Part shown: piece after piece, positions 1-9,542 of the stretch
Numbering within the stretch: the stretch's first letter is position 1
How the letters are laid out: the number at the start of each line of letters is the position of its first letter
Source: an uncultured Gemmatimonadales bacterium
GTDB lineage: Bacteria; Gemmatimonadota; Gemmatimonadetes; Gemmatimonadales; GWC2-71-9
Assembly (NCBI GenBank): GCA_963828735.1
Contig: CAWHFW010000005.1
Coordinates: 1,760,001-1,824,000, forward strand
Direction: 5' to 3'
DNA length: 64,000 nucleotides
The notes under the pieces: model-generated
The model's database searches: none
Told to the model about the DNA's origin: nothing
Seen by the model: only the letters and a program-made list of their open reading frames with translations
Translations under genes and position numbers: made by a program

Positions 1-519
1 CTCGGGCGCGAACGCCGCCTTGAGCAGCACCCGCTGGGATGCGAGGTTGTCCGGCCGCGTGAGCGCCACGAGCGACGGCAACCCGACCCACTCGCGGCCG
101 ATCGTCACGCAGGCGCAGGCCGCATCGGTCGCGAGCCCCTTGCCCCAGAATTCCGGCAGCAACGCGTAGGCCAGCTCCACCTCGGCGACGGCCTCGACGG
201 TGAGATGGCGAAGGCCGGCCCGTCCCATCACCTGGCCGCTCGTCGGATCGCGCAGGATCCAGATGCCGAAGCCGTGGTCCGCCCAGTGGGCCAGGTTCCG
301 CTCGAGGTAGGCCTTGGTTTCTGCGTCACTGCGGACCCCGCCGAGCGTCGCCATCATTCTGGCGTTGCCGTGCATCCGGCGGAGGAAGGGTAGATGGGCC
401 TCGGTCAGCCGTTCCGCGAACACGCGGCGCAGCACGAAGGTGGTGGGCGCGGTTTCCCGCTCCTCGACCCGATCGGTGGTGCCGCGGCCAGCGGTCGGGG
501 CGTTCATTACCGCGTCCAT
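1..519 (-). CDS. GNAT family N-acetyltransferase, RimJ/RimL-like (3' end runs off window)
   Basis: Own translation, not in ORF track: MDAVMNAPT...HWADHGFGIWILRD...ELAYALLPEFWGKGLAT...TRPDNLASQRVLLK. Contains RimJ/RimL-type WGKGLAT and N-x-ASxRVL motifs. Start at ATG 519 or 507. Confidence 0.85.
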   Translation of the reverse strand, partial: MDAVMNAPTAGRGTTDRVEERETAPTTFVLRRVFAERLTEAHLPFLRRMHGNARMMATLGGVRSDAETKAYLERNLAHWADHGFGIWILRDPTSGQVMGRAGLRHLTVEAVAEVELAYALLPEFWGKGLATDAACACVTIGREWVGLPSLVALTRPDNLASQRVLLKAAFAPE

Positions 520-762
520 GTGGCCGGCTCCGTCTCGATTCCATCCGTTGCAAGACGGGACGGAGAGCGGCCAGGCTGGCCCCGTCCGGGCAAGTCGTTC
601 GCGCGCATCGCGTTGGGCGAGAACATCGAGCGGGGCGGGGGGACGGAGTGGGCTCCGGGGGCCGCCCGCAGCAGCAGGGCGGACCTGGAAGCGTCGAAGA
701 GCAGAGCGGAACGGGGCCGCGCGAATGCCGTTGTTACCATGCCATACACTGGCGGGCCAGCG

Positions 763-781
763 TCAAGTGGATTTCAAGTGG
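763..781. promoter_or_regulatory. Direct repeat TCAAGTGG x2 with 11-bp period; candidate SARP/BTAD winged-helix site
   Basis: TCAAGTGG at 763 and 774 in the divergent GNAT/kinase intergenic region; overlaps a minus-strand TTGACG (767-762). Confidence 0.4.
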
Positions 782-872
782 CCCTTTTCGTGGGGGTGCT
801 CACGTTGCGTCTTCCCGAAACGGCCTGCAGTTTTGGGTAGCTCACCTTGCAATATTATTTGACGGCGGCTCG

Positions 873-3800
873 ATGGCGGTGACCCTCACCTGTCTACACT
901 GCGGTGGTGATCTCGACGACGGAGATCGCTATTGTCCCGCCTGCGGGGTCGAGGCCCTCCGGTGCAAGTCGTGCAGCCAGTTGCTCCTCCCCACTGACCT
1001 CACCTGCCCCAACTGCGGCGTAACGGCCGAGCACGCGCTGCCCGCCGGCCCGATGATCACGCCCGCGGATGCCTCGTCCGATCTGGGTGACATCATCGGT
1101 CGCCTTCGGCGCGCCACGCTCGGCGAGTTCGACATCGGCCGCGAGCTCGGGCGCGGGGGCATGGCCGCCGTGTTCCTCGCCCACGAGATCGCGCTCGACC
1201 GCAAGGTCGCGATCAAGGTCATGTCGCCCGGCCTGATGATGGGCGAAGGGATGGTCGACCGGTTCAAGCACGAAGCGATCACCATCGCCCAGCTGCATCA
1301 CCCGAGCATCGTGTCGGTCTACTCGGTGCGGCAGGCGGAGGGGCTGCACTTCTTCGTCATGCGCTACGTCCAGGGCCGCTCGCTCGAGCAGGTGCTGCAG
1401 CAGGCGCGCCGCCTGGAGCTGCCGATCGTCCGCTCCATCATCTATCAGGTCGGCTCGGCGCTCACGTACGCGCACCGCTCGCGCGTCGTACACCGGGACG
1501 TGAAGCCCGCCAACATCCTGATCGACCTCGACGGCAACGCCGTCGTCACCGACTTCGGCATCGCGAAGGCAGCCGAGCGGCCGACACAGACCCTGACCGG
1601 CGCGCTGGTGGGAACGCCGGCCTACATGAGTCCCGAGCAGTGCGCCGGCGGCCCGGTGTCGGGCGCCTCCGACCAGTACTCGCTCGGCGCCGTGGCGTAC
1701 GAGCTCGTGACGGGCGAGCCGCCGTTCGCCGGCTCCACGCTCACCGTCATGCAGGCGCATGTCGAGCGCGCGCCGCGTCCGCTGCGCGAGCTGTGTCCCG
1801 ACTGCCCACCCGAGGTGGAGGCGGCCATCCACCGCATGCTGGAAAAGGACCCGGCCGCGCGCTGGCCCCGGATGGCCGACGCGCTCACCGCGATCGGCGC
1901 GGCAGCCCTGGCCGACGAGCACCCGCTCCGAACCGACTTGAGCCGGATCGTCGCCGGGACGGTGGCCACGCTCACCGGGTCGGCGACGCCGAGCAGTCCC
2001 GCACCGCGCACCCGGGCATCGGGCGCGATCAGCGGTCCCTCGCGGTCGGTGGGCGGCATCACGATCATGCCCGCGCCGGCCGGGTTCGAGGTCGGCGACA
2101 GCTTCACCCTCGTCGCCGTCATCCGCGGCCAGTACGGCACCAGGCTTCCGCCGCGCGCCGTCGAGTGGGCCACGGACGCTCCCGCCGTGCTGCGGGTGGA
2201 CGCGCCCGCGGGGCTCGCGACGGCGCTCGCGCCGGGCACCGCGATGGTGACCGCCACCTGCAAGGGCATCATCGCCCGGCTCCGGGTGGACGTCGCCGCG
2301 CCACGGGCGGACGACATCGTGATCGAGCCGATGGTCGAGCCGCTGCAGGCCGGCGAGGAGATCCGACTCGACGCGACGGCGCGTGACAAGCACGGGTGGC
2401 CCGTCTATCGCCCGGTCAGCTGGTTATCGGCGGACGCGCACGTCGCCGTCGTGACGCCTCACGGGACCATCGCCGGCCTCGCGCCCGGCACGGTCCGCAT
2501 CACCGCCGCCCTCGATGACGCGCGCGCGAGCATCGTGATCCCTGTGCTGCCGCCGCGAGTGGCCGGCGTCGACATCGCCGATCCGCCGGCCTCGATCGTG
2601 GTCGGCCGGAGCGCCGTCCTCGACGCGACGCCGCTGGACCGCGGGAACACGCCGCTGCCGGGCCGTCCAATCGTCTGGAGCACGAGCGACGCGAGCATCG
2701 CCACCGTGACCGAGGAAGGGCGCGTGACCGGCATGCGTACCGGAACGGCGGTGCTCACCGCGACCTGCGAAGGCGTCCGGGCGATGATCCGGATCGGCGT
2801 CGTCGCTGGGCCGCAGGCCGTGGCCGCGCCGCCGAAGGGACGCGTCACTCCGAGCCGACGTGCGCGCCGGACCCGGCGCCGGGCGATCCTGGCGGCGGTT
2901 GTCTCGCTCGCGGCAGTCGGGGTGTGGCTGCTGCTCCAACCGGCGCCCCTCGATGAACGGAGCGGGGCGGCCCCGGCGGCCTACGTTGGCGGCTCGGTCG
3001 GGATCGACAGCTCGCCGCCGGTCGCGGTTGTCATCACGCAGCGGCCGGCGCGATCGCTCCGGCCGGACAGCACGGCCAGCCTGGCAGCTGAGGCCCGGGA
3101 CGCGGCCGGGAATCTGGTCCCCGGCGCGGCGGTCGTCTGGACGTCGAGCGACTCGACCATCGTGCGGGTGGACCCGTCGACCGGCCGAGTCCGGGCGATC
3201 CGCACGGGCCGCGTGCTCGTCGCGGCCACGAGCGGCAGCGGGCGTGACAGCGTCGTGATCTCCGTGCGGCGGCCGGGCACGCGGGTGCTTCCGGTCGCCT
3301 CGGTCACCATCGGGGCGCTCCCGACCCTGCGCGTCGGCGACTCCGTCCCGCTCCGCGCGCTGGTGCGGGGCGTCAACGGCGACACGCTGCTCGGCGCCGA
3401 GATCACCTGGGCATCGAGCAACCCGCCCGTCGCCACCATCGAGGCGCTGACCGGCATGACGCGCACGCACACCCCGGGCACCGCGCTGATCCTGGCCCGG
3501 AGCGGCAGCGAATCCTCGTTCACGGAGCTCACGGTGCTGCCGCCGGCCGTGACGGCGATCCAGATCCTGGGCGCGCGCCCGATGGCGGTGCGCGAGACGC
3601 TCGCGCTCCGGGTCGCGTCGAACGACGCGCTCGGCGGCGACCTCACCGGCGTCACCACTACCTGGAGCAGCGGCGATACGTCGATTGCCCAGGTGGACGA
3701 GACCACCGGCGCCGTGGTGGGTCGGGCGCCGGGCTCGGCGAGGATCACCGCCTCGGCCGACGGGGCGACGGCCTCGATCCGCCTGGCGGTGCTACCGCGG

Positions 3801-4184
3801 CCCGAGCCGATCCGCTCAGCCGCGGAGGACGAGGCGATCGACGCGCGACTCATGGCGGGCGTGGAGGAATGCTACGGCGCCCTCCAGTCGAAGGACCTGA
3901 TCCGCCTCCGCGCGATGTGGCATCCCGACGCCGGGCCGGACGAGGAGCGCCTGCGACGGCTCTCCCGGATCCTGCGGGACTCGTCGGCCAACGTCGGCGA
4001 GCGCATCGACCACGCCCCGGCCATCGGTCTGGAATCCGCGTCGTTCGAGTTCGGCGTACCGCTCGCGTGGCGGGAATCGTCCAGCGCGCGAAGCGGCGTG
4101 CCGGTCTTCCGCGCGGAATTCGTGCGCACCGGGGGCCGCTGGGAACTGTCGACCTGCCGGATCACATCGCCCTCCTCGTTCTGA
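873..4184 (+). CDS. Hanks-type Ser/Thr kinase: double zinc ribbon, kinase, 3 Ig-like (Big_2) repeats, TM helix, 3 Ig-like repeats, C-terminal NTF2-like domain
   Basis: Four CxxC pairs at N-terminus; GRGGMA, VAIK, HRDVKPAN, DFG, GTPAYMSPE; repeated W-x-S-S-D/N...G...PG motifs; Arg-rich stretch followed by AILAAVVSLAAVGVWLLL. Start placed at ATG 873. Confidence 0.9.
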   Translation: MAVTLTCLHCGGDLDDGDRYCPACGVEALRCKSCSQLLLPTDLTCPNCGVTAEHALPAGPMITPADASSDLGDIIGRLRRATLGEFDIGRELGRGGMAAVFLAHEIALDRKVAIKVMSPGLMMGEGMVDRFKHEAITIAQLHHPSIVSVYSVRQAEGLHFFVMRYVQGRSLEQVLQQARRLELPIVRSIIYQVGSALTYAHRSRVVHRDVKPANILIDLDGNAVVTDFGIAKAAERPTQTLTGALVGTPAYMSPEQCAGGPVSGASDQYSLGAVAYELVTGEPPFAGSTLTVMQAHVERAPRPLRELCPDCPPEVEAAIHRMLEKDPAARWPRMADALTAIGAAALADEHPLRTDLSRIVAGTVATLTGSATPSSPAPRTRASGAISGPSRSVGGITIMPAPAGFEVGDSFTLVAVIRGQYGTRLPPRAVEWATDAPAVLRVDAPAGLATALAPGTAMVTATCKGIIARLRVDVAAPRADDIVIEPMVEPLQAGEEIRLDATARDKHGWPVYRPVSWLSADAHVAVVTPHGTIAGLAPGTVRITAALDDARASIVIPVLPPRVAGVDIADPPASIVVGRSAVLDATPLDRGNTPLPGRPIVWSTSDASIATVTEEGRVTGMRTGTAVLTATCEGVRAMIRIGVVAGPQAVAAPPKGRVTPSRRARRTRRRAILAAVVSLAAVGVWLLLQPAPLDERSGAAPAAYVGGSVGIDSSPPVAVVITQRPARSLRPDSTASLAAEARDAAGNLVPGAAVVWTSSDSTIVRVDPSTGRVRAIRTGRVLVAATSGSGRDSVVISVRRPGTRVLPVASVTIGALPTLRVGDSVPLRALVRGVNGDTLLGAEITWASSNPPVATIEALTGMTRTHTPGTALILARSGSESSFTELTVLPPAVTAIQILGARPMAVRETLALRVASNDALGGDLTGVTTTWSSGDTSIAQVDETTGAVVGRAPGSARITASADGATASIRLAVLPRPEPIRSAAEDEAIDARLMAGVEECYGALQSKDLIRLRAMWHPDAGPDEERLRRLSRILRDSSANVGERIDHAPAIGLESASFEFGVPLAWRESSSARSGVPVFRAEFVRTGGRWELSTCRITSPSSF

Positions 4185-4191
4185 GCCACCG

Positions 4192-6165
4192 GTGATCGGC
4201 TGCCGGACCCTCGGGCCGATCGAGGTCACCGTCGACGGAGAGCCCGCGCCGCCCGAGCTCCTCTGGCGAAAGCATCTCGCCCTCCTCGTATACCTTGCCC
4301 GATCCCCTAGGCAGACCAGAAGTCGTGACCACCTGATCGCGCTCCTGTGGGCGGACCGGACCGAAGCCGCCGCCCGGCACTCGTTGAGCGAGGCGCTGCG
4401 GGTGCTGCGTCGTCACGGAGGCGCAGCGGCCGTCGAGGTCACCGTGGGACAGGTCGGCCTCGGCGAGGGCGCGGTGGATCTCGACGTGGACCGGCTCGAG
4501 CAGCTCGCCGCCGCCGAGAGCTGGCCCGCGGCCGCCGAGCTCGTGGCGGGCGAGTTCCTTGAGGGGTTCGGCGTGCCGGACGCGACGGCGTTCGAGGACT
4601 GGCTCGCCGCCGAGCGCGAGCACTGGCGCCGTCGCAGTGTCGAGGTGCTGATCCGATCCGCCGACGGGCTCGCCCGCGCGGCCCGGGCCGCCGACGCCGC
4701 CGACATCGCCGCCCGCGCCCTCGCGATCGAACCCACCTCCGAGGGTGCCTTCTGCGCGGTGATCCGCTGCATGGCCCTAGCCGGCGATCGCGCGGGCGCC
4801 CTGGAGCTCGCCGACCGGTTCCATGCCCGCCTGGCCGAGCTCGGCGCCGAGCCGGGACAGGACACCCGCGCGATGGTGGAGCGCGTGCGTCGCGAGCGCG
4901 GCGTGCGCCGCGCTCCCGCCGCGGAGGCCGTGGACGAAGCTGCCATCGTCCGTCCCCCGCTCGCGGGGCGCTCTGCGGAGCTCGCCCGGCTGCTGGATGA
5001 GGCGACGCGGGCGGGACGCACCGGCAGATCGATGCTCCTCCTGATCGAAGGCGAGGCGGGCGTCGGGAAGAGCCGGCTGCTCGACGAGATGCTCGCACTG
5101 CTCCGGCTGGATGGCATGCCGGTGGCCTCGGCACGCGCGGTCGAAGGTGACCTGTCGGATCCCTGGAGCGGGGCACTCGCGCTCGCGCGCGGCGGCCTGG
5201 TCGAGATACCCGGCGTCACGGCCGCTCCACCGACGGCGCTCGCGGCGTTCGCGCACGCGCTTCCCGAGTGGGCCAACCGGTTTCCCGGCGTGCGCGGCGA
5301 AGAGCCCATGTCGCTCGGACGGGCCCTGACGGCGACGGTGGGGGCGGCCGCCGCGGAGCGGCCGATCGTGCTGGCGCTGGATGACGCGCAGTGGCTCGAC
5401 GCCGACTCGGCGCTCTCGCTCGGCGCCATGCTGCGCGATCTCCGGGCGGCGCCGCTCACGTTGGTATTCGGTGTGGCTCCCTATCCCGAGCGCCCGGAGC
5501 TGGACGAGCTCCGCAGTCGGATCGGGCGCGATCTGGAGGGCGGCGCCATCCGCCTCCGGCGGCTCGACCGGGCGGCGCTCCGGAGCCTCGCCGGCGAGAT
5601 GCTGCCCGGGTACGATCCGATCTCACTCGACCGCGTCGTCCGACGGGTCGCCACCGATTCGGCGGGGCTGCCGCTCCTCGCGGTCGAGCTGCTGCGCGCG
5701 GTGGCCCTCGGCCTCGACCTCGGCACGATCGCGGGGACCTGGCCGGAACCGCTCCGCACGCTGGACCAGAGTCTTCCCGGGGATCTCCCCGATGCCGTCG
5801 TCGCGGCGATCCGGGTCGCGGTCCGCCGGCTGAGCCCCGACGCGCAACGCGTGCTCGTCTCCGCGTCCGTCCTCGGCGATCTGGCCGCACCCGTCGTGCT
5901 CGAGCGCGCGCTCGAGATGCAGTCCGAGACGCTGGGCCGGGCGCTCGACGAGCTCGAGTGGCGTCGCTGGCTGGTCGCGGAGCCGCGCGGCTATTCCTTC
6001 GCCGCCCGCATCGTGCGGCAGGTGGTGCTGCGGGACATGGTGACGCCGGGACAGCGGCGGCGGGTGTTGGAGGCGGCGGGGATGGAGGAGGGAGCCGGGA
6101 GACCCTCGGGCGCTCGGCCCGTCAGACCATCGAGTGATCAGGCCATCGGACGATCCGGGGACTGA
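4192..6165 (+). CDS. SARP/BTAD transcriptional regulator with STAND-type AAA ATPase (AfsR-like)
   Basis: TLGPIEV...LALLVYLA...RDHLIALLW winged helix; FLEGF...FEDWLAAERE BTAD motif; Walker A GEAGVGKS; Walker B LALDDAQW. 7 bp downstream of the kinase. Confidence 0.9.
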   Translation: MIGCRTLGPIEVTVDGEPAPPELLWRKHLALLVYLARSPRQTRSRDHLIALLWADRTEAAARHSLSEALRVLRRHGGAAAVEVTVGQVGLGEGAVDLDVDRLEQLAAAESWPAAAELVAGEFLEGFGVPDATAFEDWLAAEREHWRRRSVEVLIRSADGLARAARAADAADIAARALAIEPTSEGAFCAVIRCMALAGDRAGALELADRFHARLAELGAEPGQDTRAMVERVRRERGVRRAPAAEAVDEAAIVRPPLAGRSAELARLLDEATRAGRTGRSMLLLIEGEAGVGKSRLLDEMLALLRLDGMPVASARAVEGDLSDPWSGALALARGGLVEIPGVTAAPPTALAAFAHALPEWANRFPGVRGEEPMSLGRALTATVGAAAAERPIVLALDDAQWLDADSALSLGAMLRDLRAAPLTLVFGVAPYPERPELDELRSRIGRDLEGGAIRLRRLDRAALRSLAGEMLPGYDPISLDRVVRRVATDSAGLPLLAVELLRAVALGLDLGTIAGTWPEPLRTLDQSLPGDLPDAVVAAIRVAVRRLSPDAQRVLVSASVLGDLAAPVVLERALEMQSETLGRALDELEWRRWLVAEPRGYSFAARIVRQVVLRDMVTPGQRRRVLEAAGMEEGAGRPSGARPVRPSSDQAIGRSGD

Positions 6166-6198
6166 CGAGGGCCGATCACGGGAGCTTTCTTCCCGACG

Positions 6199-7878
6199 TC
6201 ACCGCCGGTCTCCCGGCGATCCGGTCCGCATGCGCCCCATGTCCCGCAGCAACGCCGCCGGCGTGACGGGTCCGCCGAGAAATTCCTTCACGACCTCCTC
6301 GGTCTTCTTTTCCAGCCCGAAGCGATACAGCCGCGGGGCGACCCACGCGTACCAGGTCGAGTCGCCCGTCACGAACGGCCCGTGCAGCTCCCGGATGCGA
6401 TCGCGGATCGCCGCGATGAGCAGGGCGCCCGCCGCGTAGTTCATCATGTAGCCCGGCGCGTCCACGAGCTGACCCCGCATCGCCCACCAGGAGAGCTCCG
6501 GGTGCCCGCGGATCCGCAGGTAGTCCCTGGTGAGGGTCGTCCACACCTGGTTGGGATCGGCGCGCGGATCCCGCAGCATGCGAACCTCGAAGAGCGCCCA
6601 CGCCATGTCGAGGACGATGCCGCCATAACGCCCGCGGAGGCCTTCGGCGAGCGGCACGGAGTCGTCCAGCCAGTGCTGCTGCCATGCCGGCTCGTACACG
6701 TCGAGGGCGACGACGTCGGCGACCGCCTCGGTGAAGGGATCGCTGTCGGGCCAGTCGCGGAACGCGGGGCGTGTGCGGATGGCGGCCAGATGGACGGCGT
6801 GGCCGGTCTCGTGCAGGAGCTCGTTCAGGTTGTCGAGGCCGCCGGTACGGTAGGTCGCGAACACCCACGGCTCGATCACCGGCTCTCGCGCGCCGAAGGT
6901 GGTGAATGCCACCGGGTCCTTCCCCTCGCGCGGCTCGAGGTCGAAGTGGACGCGCAGCCCCTGCACGTCGGCGCCGAGGGACCGGAACACCTCCGCATCG
7001 AGCATCGGCAGCCGGGACAACGGGATTCCGGGGCTCAACTCCCGGCTGGCGCGCCCATTCTCGTAGATCCAATCCCACGGCTCCACCAGCGTGTCGGGCG
7101 TCGCGTCGCGCCAGGCGCCGAGCACGGCCAGGAGCCACGGCTCCAGCGAGTCCGGCGGGATACCCGCCGTCCGAGCCTGGGCCGCAGCCGGGGGTTCGGC
7201 GTCTGGCCGGGCGCGCGCCTCCATCGCGATCAGCCGGCGATAGGGACTGTCGGGCTCGTTGCCTCCGTTCATGCTGTGCCAGACGGGCGCGAGCGCGAGA
7301 AACAGCGCTCGCCGCCGGGCGACGTCGTCGGTGCTGCCGATGGTCCCGAGGATCGTCAGCCGATCAAGCGTGTCGGCTCCGAACGGAACGTGGGATTGCG
7401 CCCAGCCGTAGCAGGCGTAGATGCGCGCTCGCAGGGAGTCGATGCCGCCCATCGTGTCGGCGGAACAGTCGGGGCCGGTGGAGGGGACGACCGCCGCCCC
7501 CGCGTTGGTGGCCGTGATCGCCAGCAGGTCGCGAAGCGCCACCCGGCGCATCTCCGTGAGCGCTCGAACGTCAGCACCCGCGAGCGCCGACGAGTCGACC
7601 GCGGCGAGCACCCGGTCCAGCCGGTCACGGGTCTCGTTGGCGCGCGCGGCGAGTTGGTCGAGCGTCGCCCCGTCCTCGGCCGCCGATCGGCCGGAGGCGA
7701 CGGTGACCTCGTAGCGATCTCGGGCGTCGCGTGCGAGCGCGAACGTCGACTCCGCCGAGGCGAGCTCCACGACCGCGCGCGCGGGAGTCGGCGTCGTCGC
7801 TTGCGGCGCGCAGCCCGCGAGCCCTGCGAGCAGCAGCGTCGCCGGAGTGGTCGAGCGTCCGATCGATCGTAGAAGCAC
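6199..7878 (-). CDS. Lipoprotein zinc metallopeptidase, gluzincin (M2/M3-like)
   Basis: Lipobox LLAGLAGC; HEXXH in LLHETGHAVH; downstream third-ligand-like FTEAVA; YMMNY near C-terminus. Confidence 0.75.
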   Translation of the reverse strand: MLLRSIGRSTTPATLLLAGLAGCAPQATTPTPARAVVELASAESTFALARDARDRYEVTVASGRSAAEDGATLDQLAARANETRDRLDRVLAAVDSSALAGADVRALTEMRRVALRDLLAITATNAGAAVVPSTGPDCSADTMGGIDSLRARIYACYGWAQSHVPFGADTLDRLTILGTIGSTDDVARRRALFLALAPVWHSMNGGNEPDSPYRRLIAMEARARPDAEPPAAAQARTAGIPPDSLEPWLLAVLGAWRDATPDTLVEPWDWIYENGRASRELSPGIPLSRLPMLDAEVFRSLGADVQGLRVHFDLEPREGKDPVAFTTFGAREPVIEPWVFATYRTGGLDNLNELLHETGHAVHLAAIRTRPAFRDWPDSDPFTEAVADVVALDVYEPAWQQHWLDDSVPLAEGLRGRYGGIVLDMAWALFEVRMLRDPRADPNQVWTTLTRDYLRIRGHPELSWWAMRGQLVDAPGYMMNYAAGALLIAAIRDRIRELHGPFVTGDSTWYAWVAPRLYRFGLEKKTEEVVKEFLGGPVTPAALLRDMGRMRTGSPGDRR

Positions 7879-8003
7879 GCACGAGAATACACCCGACTCG
7901 CGCGCTCGCGACAGCGGCGACCGGGCTTCGAGGAACAGCGCGCCAAGTCCTCGCTCGGACGGACGTCCGGGATCCGAAGAAGAAGCGGGGCTGGAGGGAG
8001 TCG

Positions 8004-8058
8004 AACAGAAAAGTGGACCGACCGGCGCACGATCCTGCGTGCTCCCGTCCGTCCACTT
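8004..8058 (-). terminator. Probable intrinsic terminator downstream of the DUF892 gene
   Basis: Long imperfect stem AAGTGGAC (8011-8018)...GTCCACTT (8051-8058), followed on the minus strand by a T-rich run. Confidence 0.65.
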
Positions 8059-8082
8059 CCCCGTCAGCCGTGTGGCGGGAGA

Positions 8083-8592
8083 CTAGCGCCGAGCGGCAAG
8101 CCGGTTCAGGCGTGCCTCCGCGACCTCGGTGAGCTTGAGGTCGGCCGCCTTCTCCTCCTCCAGCGTCTGCTCGAGCACGCTCGCGCAGTCGTCCCGGCCG
8201 AGCTCGCGCGCCCAGGAGATCAGGGTGCCGTAGCGCGCGATCTCGTAATGCTCCACCGCCTGCGCCGCCGCCGCGGCGGCCGCGTCCAGCACGTCGGTGT
8301 CCTTGGCGTCGCCCAGGATCTGGCTGGCTTCCTCGAGGATGCCGTCGATCGCGGGGCAGGTGACCGCCTTGGCCGGCTGCCCGTGGAGCTGAAAGACGCG
8401 CTCCACCCGGGTGACGTGGTTCTTGGTCTGCTCGAGATGGTTCGACAACCCCTGCTTGAGCTCGGAGTTGCCCACCTTGGAAATCATCTTCGGCAGGGCC
8501 TTCGTGATCTGCTGCTCGGCGTAGTAGATGTCCTGCAACGTATGGACGAACAGGTCGTCCAGCGTCTTGATCGGCTTGGTAAGCAAACCCAT
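8083..8592 (-). CDS. yciF: YciE/YciF ferritin-like protein (DUF892)
   Basis: LQDIYYAEQQI, HLEQT, CPAIDGI, AQAVEHYEIARYGTL, LEEEKAAD. Confidence 0.93.
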   Translation of the reverse strand: MGLLTKPIKTLDDLFVHTLQDIYYAEQQITKALPKMISKVGNSELKQGLSNHLEQTKNHVTRVERVFQLHGQPAKAVTCPAIDGILEEASQILGDAKDTDVLDAAAAAAAQAVEHYEIARYGTLISWARELGRDDCASVLEQTLEEEKAADLKLTEVAEARLNRLAARR

Positions 8593-8720
8593 GGTGATAC
8601 CCCTTCGAGTTCAGACGGCGCGTGCCCGCGTGTGCGTGACGCGCGCGAAAACTTTGCGAGTGCCTAGTTTGGCCACGGAGCCGTGCGAGTACCGTGACCT
8701 TCCTCACGGCATGGCGCTTC

Positions 8721-8764
8721 TTGACGGGGAACGCTGAGCATAGCACATTTAACCTTATGGTTAA
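8721..8764 (+). promoter_or_regulatory. Sigma70-type promoter with ArsR operator over the start codon (likely leaderless)
   Basis: TTGACG (8721-26), 17-bp spacer, CACATT (8744-49); perfect inverted repeat TTAACC-TTAT-GGTTAA (8749-64) containing ATG 8757. Confidence 0.7.
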
Positions 8765-9089
8765 GTCAGTCGCGTACGACCTTGATCGCGTATTTCACGC
8801 GCTGTCCCACCCCACCCGCCGGGAGATCCTGCGTCACCTCACCCGACGTGAGCGCTCCGTCTCCGAGCTCGCTCAGCCGCATGAAATGTCCCTCGTCGCG
8901 GTCTCGAAGCATCTCAAGGTGCTCGAGGACGCCCGGCTGATCCGCCGCCGCAAGGACGGCAGCTTCCACTACTTGCGCCTCAACCCCGAGGCGCTCCAGA
9001 CGGCGGACGAATGGATCCGCCGGTACGAGCAGTTCTGGAGCCCGCGCCTCGACTCCCTCAAGCAGCTCCTGGAGCAGGAGGACACGTGA
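8757..9089 (+). CDS. ArsR/SmtB family transcriptional repressor
   Basis: VFHALSHPTRREIL...SVSELA...AVSKHLKVLEDARLI. Confidence 0.93.
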   Translation: MVKSVAYDLDRVFHALSHPTRREILRHLTRRERSVSELAQPHEMSLVAVSKHLKVLEDARLIRRRKDGSFHYLRLNPEALQTADEWIRRYEQFWSPRLDSLKQLLEQEDT

Positions 9090-9532
9090 CACCCTCGCAG
9101 ACGCAAACCGAGCTTCGCATGACCCGCCACATCCGGGCCCCCAGGGAACGGGTGTTCGACGCCTGGATTCGCCCGGAGTCTCTGAGACGCTGGTTGGGTC
9201 CGGAGGCCGTGACCGTGGACTCGGTCGAGCTCGACCCGAGGGTCGGCGGCCGCTACCGAATCGTGGCGCGCGAGGCCGGGCAGACCCGCGTCGTGACCGG
9301 CGAGTACAAGGAGCTGGTTCATGGACGGAAGGTGGTCATGACCTGGGCCTTCGAAGGACCCACCCGCCACGACACCCTGCTCACCGTGCTCTTCGAGGAC
9401 CTGGATGGCGGCACGGAGCTCACCCTGATCCACGAACGCTTCGCCAGCGCCGAAGACATGGGCCACCACGAGCAGGGTTGGGTCGGAAGCCTGGACAAGC
9501 TCGCGGCGGCGATGGCGGGCCCAATCGGCTAG
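9086..9532 (+). CDS. SRPBCC/AHSA1-like domain protein
   Basis: RAPRERVFDAW...DPRVGGRYRI...GTELTLIHE...HEQGW. GTG start overlaps the ArsR stop (GTGA). Confidence 0.9.
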   Translation: MTPSQTQTELRMTRHIRAPRERVFDAWIRPESLRRWLGPEAVTVDSVELDPRVGGRYRIVAREAGQTRVVTGEYKELVHGRKVVMTWAFEGPTRHDTLLTVLFEDLDGGTELTLIHERFASAEDMGHHEQGWVGSLDKLAAAMAGPIG

Positions 9533-9542
9533 ACTGGAGGGC

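Noticed and set aside
894..2393. Long antisense or alternate-frame ORFs (e.g. 894-2393, 26252-27973, 29732-31744, 49101-51680, 55387-57798)
   Set aside because: Arg/Ala/Gly-rich shadows of real genes, expected in high-GC DNA; no protein motifs.
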